From assembly GCF_018350175.1 (NCBI RefSeq), contig NC_058368.1, positions 50,903,815 to 50,967,814 of the forward strand: a stretch of 64,000 nucleotides of DNA. Reading direction: 5' to 3'. The stretch comes from Felis catus (lineage: Eukaryota). The translations under genes and the position numbers were made by a program. Shown piece by piece: positions 52,148-64,000 of this stretch. Below the pieces are notes generated by a model, which was not told where the DNA came from, did no database searches, and saw only the letters and a list, made by a program, of their open reading frames with translations. Position 1 is the stretch's first letter; each line of letters starts with the position of its first letter.

Positions 52148-52368
52148 GGGCGCCTAGCTGGCTCAGTCGGTTGAGCGTCTGACTTCGGCTCAGGTTCATG
52201 AGTTCGAGCCCTGCATCAGGCTCTGTGCTGACAGCTCGGAGCCTGGAGCCAGCTTCTGATTCTGTGTCTCCCTATCTCTCTGCTCCTCCCTGTTCATGCT
52301 CTCGCTCTCTCTCTTTCCCTCTCTCAAAAATAAACAAACACTTAAAAAAATAATAAAATTAAAAAAAC
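52148..52368 (+). mobile_element. Can-SINE with small internal deletion
   Basis: Head, body lacking the catgatctc segment, A tail. Confidence 0.94.
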
Positions 52369-53404
52369 TAAAGCAACATGATAATCCCAACAATGTGCCA
52401 ATCCTTAGAATATTTTTTTTTTTAGGTGGAGATGAAGACTTAAAGGTAGCTTATTCCAGGATACTCAAACCTAAAAGAAAAATTATTTATTGACACAACA
52501 GAATTATCTAAGATCATATGAACAATGTTCATTTTTTTAAGTGAGACAAAGATCTTTAACAGAAAAATGAAAGAATTATTATCATTAGTATGTCAAATGA
52601 GTTGTTAAAGAAAATAAAAAACACTCGGTCTAGGAATCACCAAAGATACTATAAAAAATGATTTACAATACCTCTTCCTTCCCTGCTTTTTCTATAAATA
52701 GTACTTTTACATTGGAAAGTTGGAAGGATTTACTATAGAATCATAGATCTGGAAAGAACCTGTCTAAAAATCCACTTTCTTCTAAACAGTAATGATTGCA
52801 GACCAGGCAAAACTCATTCCTATTTAACCTTTTCTTAGGAGACTCAGAAAAGGAGATACTACAGTCTTGAAGATGCCTATCAGTCTATTCCCAACAACCT
52901 TGAAAGATCATTTTTAACTCTAGCGTGAGACCATTAAAAACTCAATAATCAGCTTTCAGAAAAGACATTTTTCCTAAATATTATCTTTGGAAAATATATT
53001 ATTTTCTACCTTCCTCTTCCGGTTTAAAAAATACAAATTAAGGTATTTGTAACCTATTTTTCTGAAGCAAAAAGAAAAAAAAATTTTAGGTAAGTAAAGA
53101 GGCCAGCCAGTCCAAAGAAGAGCTTGAGAAAGACTCAGACAAGCATCAGTCTGGCTCCAAGGAGAACCCTGTGTCTGCAGGAAGCAAATTAGGAAAGGAC
53201 TAACTCACCTGGTGAGTCACCACAGCTAATCTGCATCTGGAAATGGCAATGCAGGAATACTTAACACTCCTGTGCCTGATCTACAGTCAGGACCTTCAGC
53301 CTTAGACTTGAAAAAGATCCTCCACAGCCCAGCTTCTTTGCATCGGAGAAGAAGAAACACGAAGAGAAACCTCCCACTCTTCAGTGCCTCAGTGTGAGGC
53401 GATG

Positions 53405-53532
53405 CATGTTCGCTAAACTTAGTGTGTGTCATTTCGCGATATGCACTTCTATCAAATCATTATGTCGGATGCATGAAACGAAGACAGTGGTACGTGTCAA
53501 TTACATCGCAATGAATAAACAAATAAATAAAT
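53405..53532 (+). mobile_element. LINE-1 3' end fragment
   Basis: atcaaatcattatgtcggatgcatgaaac...acgtgtcaattacatcgcaatgaataaac. Confidence 0.65.
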
Positions 53533-54084
53533 AGAACTACGCTTAACCAAAATAGGTATTTCAAGAATCTTAACAATAGAAAAATTATAATATGAATAAT
53601 AATTCTTAAAAAACCAGAAGACAGGGAAAGCTGGAGGACACGTGCTTGTTTTCTAATCTGCAGAGCCTGGAATCCATCAATATGGTCTAAAATTTGACTC
53701 TGTAGTTTTAAAAAATGACTACATTCAATTTTTTTTTTTTTTTAGCAAGTTTCCCTGAGAGCCAATTTTCCTTACAGTAAACATTTATCTCAGCTCCTGC
53801 CCCACTTCCCGTGCCCGCTGTCTCTGCCGGTGCGAGAAGCTTGGCAGGCTGCAAGTCGCCCCAGAAGGAGCCCTCAGTGAACGAGGGGCAGGGGCCGGTG
53901 GATAATACTGGGCAGAAGGAAGATTCTCAGTTGTGTCCGCAGTCTTTCAGAACCTGCTCGATTTCTCACAGTCCCGGTCCACTCGTTCTGCATGTTTCAT
54001 TGGTTTTTCTGCCTCCTTGCCTCCTTTCCCCCACTGTCTCCCCATGCTCCTGGGATCATACCTCAAAAAAACTACTTGTGCTCA

Positions 54085-54264
54085 GAGTGTCTGGGTGGCT
54101 CAGTCAGTTAAGTGTCCGACTTCAGCTCAGGTCATGATCTCACGGTTCAGTTCGTGAGTTTGGACCCCACGTCCAGTCTGGCACTGTTGTTGGCAGCTCA
54201 GAGCCTGGAGCCTGCTTTGGATTCTGTGTCTCCCTCTCCCTCTCCCTCTGCCCCTTCCCCACTT

Positions 54265-54299
<35 letters not shown>

Positions 54300-54335
54300 A
54301 ATAAAAAATAAAAAAATAAAACTTAAAAAAAAAAA
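54085..54335 (+). mobile_element. Can-SINE
   Basis: TSD ctacttgt(g/a)ctca. Confidence 0.95.
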
Positions 54336-54388
54336 CCCTACTTGTACTCAAACCCTTGTCTCAGGTTCAGCTTTTGGGAGAAGCCACC

Positions 54389-54785
54389 TGTATGGATCTG
54401 CTCAGGTGGCCACAACAAAATAACTACAGACTGGGGTGGCTTCAACAACAGAAATTTACTTTCTCACAGCTCTGGAGGCTAGAAGTCCAAGATCAAGGTG
54501 CCATGAGGGTTGGTTGTTGGAAAGGCTTTTTTTCCTGGCTTGAAGATGGCTGCCTTCCTACTGTGTCCTCACATGGCCTCTGCTCTGTGCACAGGGAGAG
54601 AAAGAAATCTTTTGTGTCTCTTCCTCTTCTTAAAAGGACATTAGTCCTATTGGATTAAGGCTTCACCCTTATGACCTTATTCAACTTCCTCACAGACTTC
54701 ATTTCCAAATATAGTCACATTGAGGGTTAGAGTTTGAATATATGAATTAGGGTTTGGAGAAGGCACAGTTCAATCCCTAACCACA
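54389..54785 (-). mobile_element. MaLR LTR (MLT1A/B-like)
   Basis: ggcttcaacaacagaaatttactttctcacagctctggaggctagaagtccaagatcaaggtg...ttccaaatatagtcacatt. Confidence 0.85.
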
Positions 54786-55920
54786 TTCTAAGACAGGATC
54801 TCACAGGGAGGAGACATGTGCTCCATGCTGCTCCCACAGGAACTCTCCATCATAAGTAAAAGAGCTGCTTAACTTGAATTGGTAGAGGGTCAGGTGAGAT
54901 GTCCCACTGTCCGCCTACAAGGCTTACCCGAGCTTCCTCAGAGATCATCTTCAGGAGCCACAGGTGAAGACTCAGGATGGCAGGGCACCATGGCTTACAG
55001 ATCTCCAGCACTTCTTACCATCTCAGTGAGAGGAGTAGCATCCAGGGAGTGACAATGACAGGAATAACAGGCTATCAATGTACTCTCACCGAAGAGACGA
55101 GGTGGCAATTTCTCAAAAGAAAGCCAAGAATAGAAACTTAGGCTTCAATCCAAGCTCCAAATACCCAATAAATGGAGGATATAGTTAAAAAAATCATGGT
55201 ACCTATATATTCTTTTTCTCCTATGTGACAAAGTCACATTTTCCTCTTTTGCATAACACAAATAATGACACGTAATTTCGAGGTTCTGGTGAATACATGA
55301 GATTGCAGCTATAAGTGCTTGGTCCAGTTCCTGAGCTGGGGGGCGTCACTCAACAAGCATGACTTCTCTTTCCCCTTCCACAAAGATGGGTATCCTTCTC
55401 CCCCACTGCACAGGAAACCGGGACTGAGACTGGTCTCTGGCTTAGCCTGAATATCTCATTCACAGGTATTTTATTGTTGTCACTACCAGTTTTTAAAAAC
55501 CACCTCTAGGTTCTTGTGTTTCAGATCAAATTTTGTCAAAATGAAAACAAATGAAATGAAAAATGTCCTTTCCCATGGACTTCTTAAATTTTTTGATTTC
55601 TACTAAAATGAAATTTGGGATACAAAGCTATCCTTTATCTGATTTGGGGGAGAAATCAAGTCTACTTCAAGTGTGTTATCAGTGTGATTGCCCTACCTGG
55701 GTCCTGGATTGAACCAAGGGCTGTGTCTACTTTCAGACCTTAGGGTGGGGGTGGGTCAGGTAACACCTGTCATCAGAGGAGAGCCCTGCTTCACAGGGAA
55801 GATGAGGCACAGAAAGAAGAGAGGCTGACTCCTATTTTAGATGGAACAGAATTATCTCTACTGCTTCTCCTCTAACTTAGTTAATAGGGATCTCTGTTTC
55901 TATAAGTCAATCTCATTTTC

Positions 55921-55925
55921 TTTCT

Positions 55926-55981
<56 letters not shown>

Positions 55982-56158
55982 TTAGAGAGAGAGAGAGAGA
56001 GAGCGGGGGGGGCACAGGGAGAGGGAGAGAGAGATTCCCAGGCAGGCTCCACACCCAGCTCAGAGCCCAACACGGGGCTCGATCTCATGACCCTGGGATC
56101 ATGACCTGAGCCAAAATCCAGAGTCAGATGCTTAACTGACTGAGCCACCCAGGCGCCC
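55921..56158 (-). mobile_element. Can-SINE with (CTTT)n-expanded tail
   Basis: TSD agtcaatctcatttt. Confidence 0.95.
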
Positions 56159-58925
56159 TAGTCAATCTCATTTTTTAGTTGATCTGTTAGCATCCAAAGA
56201 ATGTCTACTTTTCCTTTCCTATTTCCATGCTTCAAATTCCCATCCCACAGTGATTTCTCTCCTCCACCTCCCCATACATCCATGTATTTCTCATACATCG
56301 CTCTCACTCTCCGAAGCCCACACTTGCCTTTTCTTTTCTTCCTATCGGCTTTGCTACACCAAAGCCATTCCAGGACTAGGCTGTCTCTGTGATGCCTTAG
56401 TGACAATATAGTGAAAATCTCCATGACAGCTGACTCCCTGGATGACACACAGATCTTAACTGATGTTTGGTATTCCATTCACACTGTGCTTGGGGCCTCA
56501 CTGAAAGGGTCTCTAGCTTTTAGAAGAGAGTTCTTTGGCAATCTCCACAAACACCTTGAACTTTCACCCTCCTCACTTCTCTAAAATGAGCAAGAGGAAA
56601 CTCTTGTGATCCTAATGGAAGAATAACTTAGGCCTGCTAACGATAAACAAATTCCCCGCATCGTCTGACCAGACAAAATATGCGACCCTGACTTGCGAGA
56701 GTAGCCTGGGTGCTCCTGGCTCCTAGCAGCCCCCTCCCCCGGTGCCTGCTTGCTGACTTCCCTGGCTGTGAACTGGGACCACACCCTCACAGCTCACAGC
56801 AAACCGGAAGCAAGGGGAACCACTATGTGAAATGGGGTGAGAGCCCCACGCCACCAGAAAGTCTCAACGCCAGACTGCCAGCTTCGGCCCCGATGACATC
56901 CTGTGCTTTTGTCCACTGGGTGACTTGAGTTCTCTCCATGTCTAATGGACGGACCACAGATACCATCTGCCCCATGCTCTCACCCAGTGAAAGAATTCTG
57001 CATGAACATTCCAGAAGCTTAGTCACCCAACTTCTGCTAGACTATTTCTAGAAGGCCTTGAGGGACAATGGGGACAGAGCCCGCTCCCTTTTTCACATCT
57101 CATTTTGATCTCTTCTTCTGCAAGCTGAACAAATAGACGTGGGTCTTTCCCTCACTCCAAGGTATACATGTTTTGTGAGTCCTGAACTCCTGGTTGCTCT
57201 ATTCTTATTACCCTTGGGTTTCAAAGCTAGTTTCAAAACCAAAGGTGTTCACAACTCCAGCTAATATTATTGATAATATTACCGATACAATATTACGGAT
57301 ACATTATTATTTGTCTCCATAGTGACAGGCAAACTCCAGGGGTTTTACAAGTGATTATTGACTATTCCTCATCACACACTGGGACACACGTTAGCCCCTA
57401 TTTAGCTTCCACTTTCTGATTTTTCTCAAATAGCTGGGCAGGGACTGAAAAAAAAGTCACACTCATTTTCTTGCAAAATCAAAACACGCCTTAAAAATGT
57501 CAGATTTCCCAGGAACTGTGTTTTTTTTGTTTTGTTTTGTTTTAATTTACTATTACACCATTCCTGAAAAAGAATCATCAGCAAGAACTAAGGAGCACTG
57601 AAATTTAATTCAACAAGGACTGGAGGGAAATACACGTTAAAATATGTGGAAAAATCTGTGTGACACAATGAGTCAGACACTACCAAGAATCACACTGAGT
57701 GGAGTAAACATGGAAACCAAACATTTTTAGAAGTTTGATTCTGTGTCCATGAGCTAAAATGCAGCTACACAAGTTGATCTTAACGAAAGCAGCAGACCTA
57801 AGCCCGTGTCGTGCTTCCTATATTAAGTGGGCAAATACTGGACTCTGGGACGTCTTTATACCCTAGAACCACTGCATAGCAGGCTGAGAATGGGAGGGGC
57901 GGGGGCGGAGGCAAGAAGGAAGGAAAAATAGGAAGGATTAAAATCAGCCACAGAACTAACCAGACCTGCTTGCCTCATACAAATGGCATTTCTGCCAAGA
58001 GAACAGAAAATGATGATAGAGCGTTTCCTTTTCGATAATCCATCTATCAACTGCCTCTGTTGTGTAGCCACTGTAATGATTTATGCTGTAATTAGTAAAA
58101 CCTTCCCTAGCTATATTCTCTAATGTGAATTTGCAACAAAGAACATAATGTAAATACCCTAAAATAAGAAGGTTCTATGAGACGTAAGCACACGGCCAAA
58201 GTTACCATTGGGCACAGAGAAATAAAAAGACAGAAGAACCACTGTTTTCTCACTTCAGAGCGTGCAGGTTTTACACACGGAGGGAGGGAGAGTGATCTGT
58301 GGGTTTGTGCTGTTTTTGTTTTGTTTTGTTTTCCAGAAGATAGCATCTGCTGAGAGCCTTTTAAAAATGGGAAGGAAAGCCAGAGCAGGTTTAGCCCGGA
58401 CAACATGAAGAGCCGTTTTTCCTGAATCACAAACAGCAGCAGATAAAAAGGAGAAAAGTAACTAAAGGTCATCGCACACTCACGACCTTCTGAGTTTGAG
58501 GCTTTCCTTTTTCCTTTGGCCACTACGCGGAGACCCATTTACATGTTGTTTTCTTTGTCGAATCAAGAAAAACAGGCAAGCGAAAAGCGATGATTTTCCA
58601 GAAGCCCTGCTTGTTTAGTGTCATGGGAATTTGAGGTTGTTGTCTGGTACATTTGGAATGATCTTTAGGGTAACAGTAAAACCTCTACAGTGTTTACGAA
58701 TTTTATTTTCTAGTTTGGTGTTTCTACCATCCTCACTCTTCCAGATGACTTTCAGGCACACCTGGCCCCCTTCCCTGCTTACATGAAAGTATAATGTTCT
58801 AATGTTCTAATGTTCACTGTCCAGGATGCAGCCTTGCATTAATCCGAGAATCCTATGAGCAGAGAAATTTTAAAACATAAAGGAAGCAGGGTTTTTCTCA
58901 AAGTCTTATTAATCATATTTTGAAA

Positions 58926-59160
58926 GGAGTCACCTGGGTGGCTCAGTCGGTTGTGCATCTGACTTCAGCTCAGGTCATGATCTCAGGGTTCTTGAGATTG
59001 AGCTCTGTATCAGGCTCTCTGCTGTCAGCCAGGAGCCCATTTTGGATCCTCTGTCCCCCTCTCTCTCTGCCCCTCCCCCATTCATGCGCGCGCGAGCACG
59101 CGCGCGCGCGCGCTCTCTCTCTCTCTCTGTCTCAAAAATAAAAAACTAAACATTTTAATT
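58926..59160 (+). mobile_element. Can-SINE with internal (CG)n tract
   Basis: Head, (CG)n(CT)n, tail. Confidence 0.94.
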
Positions 59161-59175
59161 AAAAATTGTATTTGG

Positions 59176-59408
59176 TTTTTTTTGTTTTTTTTTTAATTTT
59201 TTTTTCAACGTTTATTTATTTTTGGGACAGAGAGACACAGAGCATGAACGGGGGAGGGGCAGAGAGAGAGGGAGACACAGAATCGGAAACAGGCTCCAGG
59301 CTCTGAGCCATCAGCCCAGAGCCCCACGCGGGGCTCGAACTCACGGACCGCGAGATCGTGAGCTGGCTGAAGTCGGACGCCTAAGGGACTGCGCCACCCA
59401 GGCGCCCC
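59176..59408 (-). mobile_element. Can-SINE, young
   Basis: TSD aaaa(a)ttgtattt on both sides. Confidence 0.97.
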
Positions 59409-60629
59409 AAAAATTGTATTTTGAAAGGGATAACAGACTTGGCAAAATTTTCTTATTTTCTGGTCAAGTAAAAGGTAGGTCTTCGAAACATCAGATAAAA
59501 TGTATTCAATTTACATCTACTGTGTGCCCAGAACTATAACCAGGCACTGTAAGAGAGGTGGCCTTTTAAAACTACAAGACATGGTCTTTGCTCCTACATA
59601 GTTAAAAATGTAACTGAAAAAAAATTGTAGAATAATGAAAAGGCAGCAGGAAGAAGGGAAGTCTCAGGAGGAATAGAAAGTCCAGCAAGACCTTGAACCA
59701 TTAGGATTCCTGGACAGCTACAGAGAGGGCTGTGGCCTGGGAACAGCGCGATTAAAAGCCGGAGGGAGGGAACGCTGTGAGTTTTCTGGAGTGCCCGGTA
59801 AAGCTAAGAGGAAGCAAGCAGAGATAGACAATTCACATGTTAAAAGACAGCTTCAATTACTTTAATTCCAGGAAGGTGTCATTCTTCTGCTCACTAAGGC
59901 ATCAGATGCTTTGAATAGATGTTTTCTCTATTTTTTTTCTCATTTACCTCAAGTTCTATTTCCTTTAAGGTACAAATTCTTGGGGTGGGGGCGTTGTTTG
60001 GTTGGCTGGTTGGGTTTGGGATGGCAAACTGCCTGCAGGACCAGCAGTAGAGCTTCCTCATAAGCAAAGTGCGACCTCTTTTCCTGCGGAAACCACATGT
60101 GAGCAGCACAGGTCCTCACACTGCCCGCCTGCCCACCCTTACTGCCCTGGGGAACCATTATCGGGAGGTGGGGGGAGGGCTAAGACAGCGTGAGAGCCAG
60201 ATGGACTGGGTTTGAATTTTTCCATTTTAGGGATTTGGTGGGGATTTGCTTGTTAGGATTTTATAAAAGGTAATGTTCTATGAATAACTTCAACTCCATT
60301 GGAAATGGAAATAGTGCCAAAACCCATACCTGGAGAGAAGGACAATATTTAGTTCATTAAGCTTTGATAACATCCGTGGAACAGTCTCCTTTCTTAAGGC
60401 AGTTTATCTCTGAGGAGGCATCCTGCTTTTCTGTGTTCAAGTAAGAGCCTGCAGATTATGGCAACACTGTTGCTTCTGCTACTCGGCTTTGAAATTCAAA
60501 TTCCCTTTCAACTCTCTTCCTTCAGTGGAGCCAATGTTCAGGTACAGCTGTGAAACAACCTGAAGACAAACAAGGGGGAGGGATTTCTAAATGACAATAG
60601 ATACTATTTACTGTCCTTCTGTGTCAGAT

Positions 60630-60800
60630 CTCTGCCTGTGCTTTACCTGCATTATCTCATTTAATCCTGCCCACCACCCTAGGAGGTAGGCATTACAATC
60701 CTCACTTTATAAATGAGGAAACTGACAATTCTGGAGAGGGTGGATGTTTTCCAAAGTCACATTGTAGCAAATGGTGGAGCTAAGATTCAAGGCCTGCCCT
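60630..60800 (-). mobile_element. MIR relic
   Basis: gctttacctgcattatctcatttaatcct...gaggtagg...atgaggaaactga...ccaaagtcaca. Confidence 0.8.
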
Positions 60801-61719
60801 AGGCCACCATGCCAATTTCAATATGGAGGGTGGGGGAAGGAAAAGGCAAGAAGGGCCCCAGGGGGTGTGAAATTGACACTTAAGGGAGGCGCTGAAAAGG
60901 TGGCACTGGTGTGAAAACAGGTGGCTGAAGAAGAATTACAATCAGAGTTTACAACTGTGAGAGATACAGTAACAGACAAATGATACCCAGAAAGTTAAAT
61001 GCTTGGTGTCAGCCAGAAATCATTTGGGCCCCTAAATTCTCTACTCTTATAAATTATCTGAGTGGGATCTGCTCTGCATGGCTACAGATGAGCTGGGGAG
61101 AGAGGCCTTCTCAGAGAAGCCAAAAGACTAGAAGCCGAGGGTGTTGCCCAAGAAGGAGAAATTGTCTCTATTTTTACACGGGGGTGGAGACAACCTCCTA
61201 TGTGGAAGTAAGATCACTAGAAGAACCAAGGAGCAGACCATCTTTAAAGCACATTAAATATCTGGAATATGTTGTCATTTTTTAGACCAACAGTATTGAG
61301 AAGAAACCATTTAGAAAGATGATAATTTAAATGTAACAGCATGCTTTTTTGGTACATTAAACTGGGATGGTGCTGGGCCAGCATGTGGATTTAGGCAACT
61401 CTCCTGAAGTACTTACGGTCTTTCCTAAAACCCTAAGAAGTATCTTTCACCATCATAGGATGTTCAGGGACATGCAAAAAGGTTCTAGCCACATTTCCGT
61501 AAGAAAGGATTTGAACAGTGACAACGATATTCATGTACATTAAAAATGTCTGCTGGAGAAGTCCAGAGAAAAACAGATGCTTTAGAGAAAAGCACTGTAA
61601 ATGAAAGGCTGGTGTGATGAGCGAGACTTAGCACAAGACCTGACTACCCAAAGGGAAGGTGCCAGCAGGTACAGTGCAAGGCAATAAACTGACACCCACC
61701 CTTTAAAACTCAGTCTCTG

Positions 61720-61911
61720 GGGGCGCCTGGGTGGCTCAGTCGGTTAAGCGTCCGACTTCAGCTTGGGTCATGATCTCACGGTCCGTGAGTTCGAGCCCCG
61801 CGTCCGGGTCTGGGCTGACAGCCTGGAGCCTGTTTCAGATTCTGTGTCTCCCTCTCTCTCTGCCCCTCCCCTGTTCATGCTCTGTCTCAAAAATAAATAA
61901 ACGTTAAAAAA

Positions 61912-61952
<41 letters not shown>
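61720..61952 (+). mobile_element. Can-SINE with (TAAA)n tail
   Basis: TSD aaaactc..tctctgg. Confidence 0.96.
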
Positions 61953-61954
<2 letters not shown>

Positions 61955-63045
61955 AACTCCATCTCTGGATGGCACGTAAGGCCTTGAACCCAAGCGAAAG
62001 GAATTCAGTAAAGAACATCTGGGTATCTCTGTCTCTTGGGATCCAGGACTCAGAATTTCAGCACAATCCATAGTCTTAGATATCTGCTCTCATTACTAAT
62101 GCCATTCAAACCCCAGGGAAACTTCACATTCTGGCCCTGTCTTTGAAAGACACAACAACTGTATCCAAGTGCCATGAAGGTTGTATGGTCTATGCCACTG
62201 CCAGTTTCAGTGATTGACAATGCTTCAGAGCACAGGGAGGATTCAAGCAGCCCAAATATTTAAGTAAGTGAAAAACAAATTAAAAAACGTGTCATAATCC
62301 TCTCTGATACTATGAAATAATGGATTCTTGCATAATAAAGCATATCATTTCCCATTGCTACTAAGCATCCGTTGTCTTCCTTTTCTTCATGTTCCAAATT
62401 GAGGTTCTAGAGACACTGGCAAATTAGCACACCACCATTCACAACAGTTGCATGTGGAAGATTAGGGACTTCCTTCTGTATTCAATAGTTCGTTACTCTT
62501 AAATTATGCATATTTAAGTTTATACTCTTAAGCTATACATAGAGATCCAGACATGACATGCATGAAGCAAAATATCATTTCTTTATGCCCAGCAAGTAGA
62601 TGGACATTGAACACTGGAAGTAATAATAGTTTTATTTTTATGGTCATATTTAAATGATTTAATTTATATTCAGAAAATTTTAATACCAGCTCTATTTAAA
62701 AGATTCACTGCAATGTATGATAGCCATTAATTCCAATTTGAATTTTATCTCCTAATTTCAGTACATCTTTTTTAATATTTCAGAAAAAAATTGTCCTTTT
62801 GAAAATATGAAAAGAGTTTTTTCAGGGTTTACGTTTATTTTCATTTATTTTTTAAATGTGTTCAAATCTTTTCCATTGTTAGTAAAACTATATTTTATCT
62901 TTTTATACTTTAGATCACCGAGGTTCAAAACAAGCTAAAATCATGATAGAAAATATAAAACAAATTCAGAAACATTAAAAGGCTGAAATTTAAAATAGAA
63001 GATTTGTTGTAATAAAGAGACATTTGTCAAAATAAAAGGATAAGA

Positions 63046-63174
63046 GGGACGCCTGGGGGGCTCAAGTCAGTTAAGCATCCGACTCTTGACTTCGGCTCAG
63101 GTCATGATCTCATGGTTCATGAGTTTGAGCCCCAAGTCCAGCTCTGCTCAGACAGTGTGGACTCTGCTTGGGAT

Positions 63175-63218
<44 letters not shown>

Positions 63219-63290
63219 CCTCTCCCACGTGTGCTCATGCCACTCTCTCTCTCTCTTTCTCTCAAAATAAATAAATAAAAACTTTAATAT
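63046..63290 (+). mobile_element. Can-SINE
   Basis: TSD aaaataaaaggataaga. Confidence 0.95.
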
Positions 63291-63455
63291 AAAATAAAAG
63301 GATAAGATACATTTTATATAACATGTTCACTTGATTTATACTCTTAAGTCTTTAGACTTCTATATGTTAGTCTCCATTTTTACTCTTCCTCTGGGCCACA
63401 AAAATGATGGGAGCAGGACTGCTATGCACCCTAAAAAGGAGAGAAATAGAAAGAC

Positions 63456-63680
63456 TTTTTTTTTTAATATTTTTTTCAACGTTTATTTATTTTTAGGACA
63501 GAGAGAGAACAGAACATGAACGGGGGAGGGGCAGAGAGAGAGGGGGACACAGAATCGGAAACAGGCTCCAGGCTCCGAGCCATCAGCCCAGAGCCTGATG
63601 CGGGGCTCGAACTCACGGACCGCAAGATCATGACCTGGCTGAAGTCGGACGCTTAACCGACTGCGCCACCCAGGCGCCCC
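63456..63680 (-). mobile_element. Can-SINE, young (3' unit of dimer)
   Basis: Full head and tail. Confidence 0.96.
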
Positions 63681-63704
63681 AAGGGGAAGCTTATCTTTAA
63701 AATG

Positions 63705-63926
63705 TTTTTTTTTTAATTTTTTTAAACATTTATTTATCTTTGAGACAGAGAGAGACAGAGTATGAATGGGGGAGGGTCAGACAGAGAGGGAGACACAGAA
63801 TCAGAAACTGGCTCCAGGCTCTGAGCCATCAGCCCAGAGCCTGATGCGGGGCTCGAACTCACGGACCGTGAGATCATGACCTGGCTGAAGTCGGACGCTT
63901 AACCGACTGTGCCACCCAGGCACCCC
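63705..63926 (-). mobile_element. Can-SINE, young (5' unit of dimer)
   Basis: Full head and tail. Confidence 0.96.
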
Positions 63927-64000
63927 AAGACTTTTTTTTTAATGTGCAGAGTTGTATTTCTAAGACCCTAAGCCTCTCTGCTGTGCAAATTTTGCCAGAA

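Larger units (their letters stand above)
53770..54795 (+). mobile_element. LTR16-like ERVL LTR split by a SINE and a MaLR LTR
   Basis: 3' end tgggatcatacctc...ctacttgtactcaaacccttgtctcagg...tttgggag...ctaagaca reconstructs once the inserts are removed. Confidence 0.6.

Noticed and set aside
752..63519. Recurrent ORFs such as MAQSVKRPTSAQVMIS..., MLGAPGWLSRL... and ...ERERER...
   Set aside because: They are translations of Can-SINE bodies and (CT)n/(GA)n tracts, not genes
758..63926. tRNA-like A/B boxes (tggctcagtcgg, gttcgagccc)
   Set aside because: These are SINE heads derived from tRNA; no cloverleaf or stand-alone tRNA gene is present

Overview
Mammalian (carnivore, almost certainly felid) non-coding genomic DNA. 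It is dominated by about 33 tRNA-derived Can-SINEs of the feline type (ggggcgcctgggtggctcagtcggtt head, (CT)n body, A-rich tail, most with readable TSDs). It also carries LINE-1 pieces of several ages, MaLR/ERVL LTR relics, L2/MIR relics, a MER53-like element and microsatellites. I recognise no host protein-coding exon; the only real protein homology is L1 ORF1, and the short ORFs in the track are repeat or chance translations. Best-supported unusual structures: (1) a 5'-intact, 3'-truncated, tail-less L1 bounded by a perfect 18-bp TSD (23967-26569); (2) a head-to-head SINE pair whose 25-bp spacer is inverted relative to both TSDs (41470-41946); (3) a SINE dimer inside a single TSD (63451-63943); (4) SINEs re-inserted into earlier SINE TSDs. 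All recognisable L1 pieces lie on the + strand and several good splice-site pairs lie on the - strand, which hints, without proving, that the window lies inside a minus-strand transcription unit. Repeat subfamily names are from memory, not from a database search, and old-repeat boundaries are approximate.
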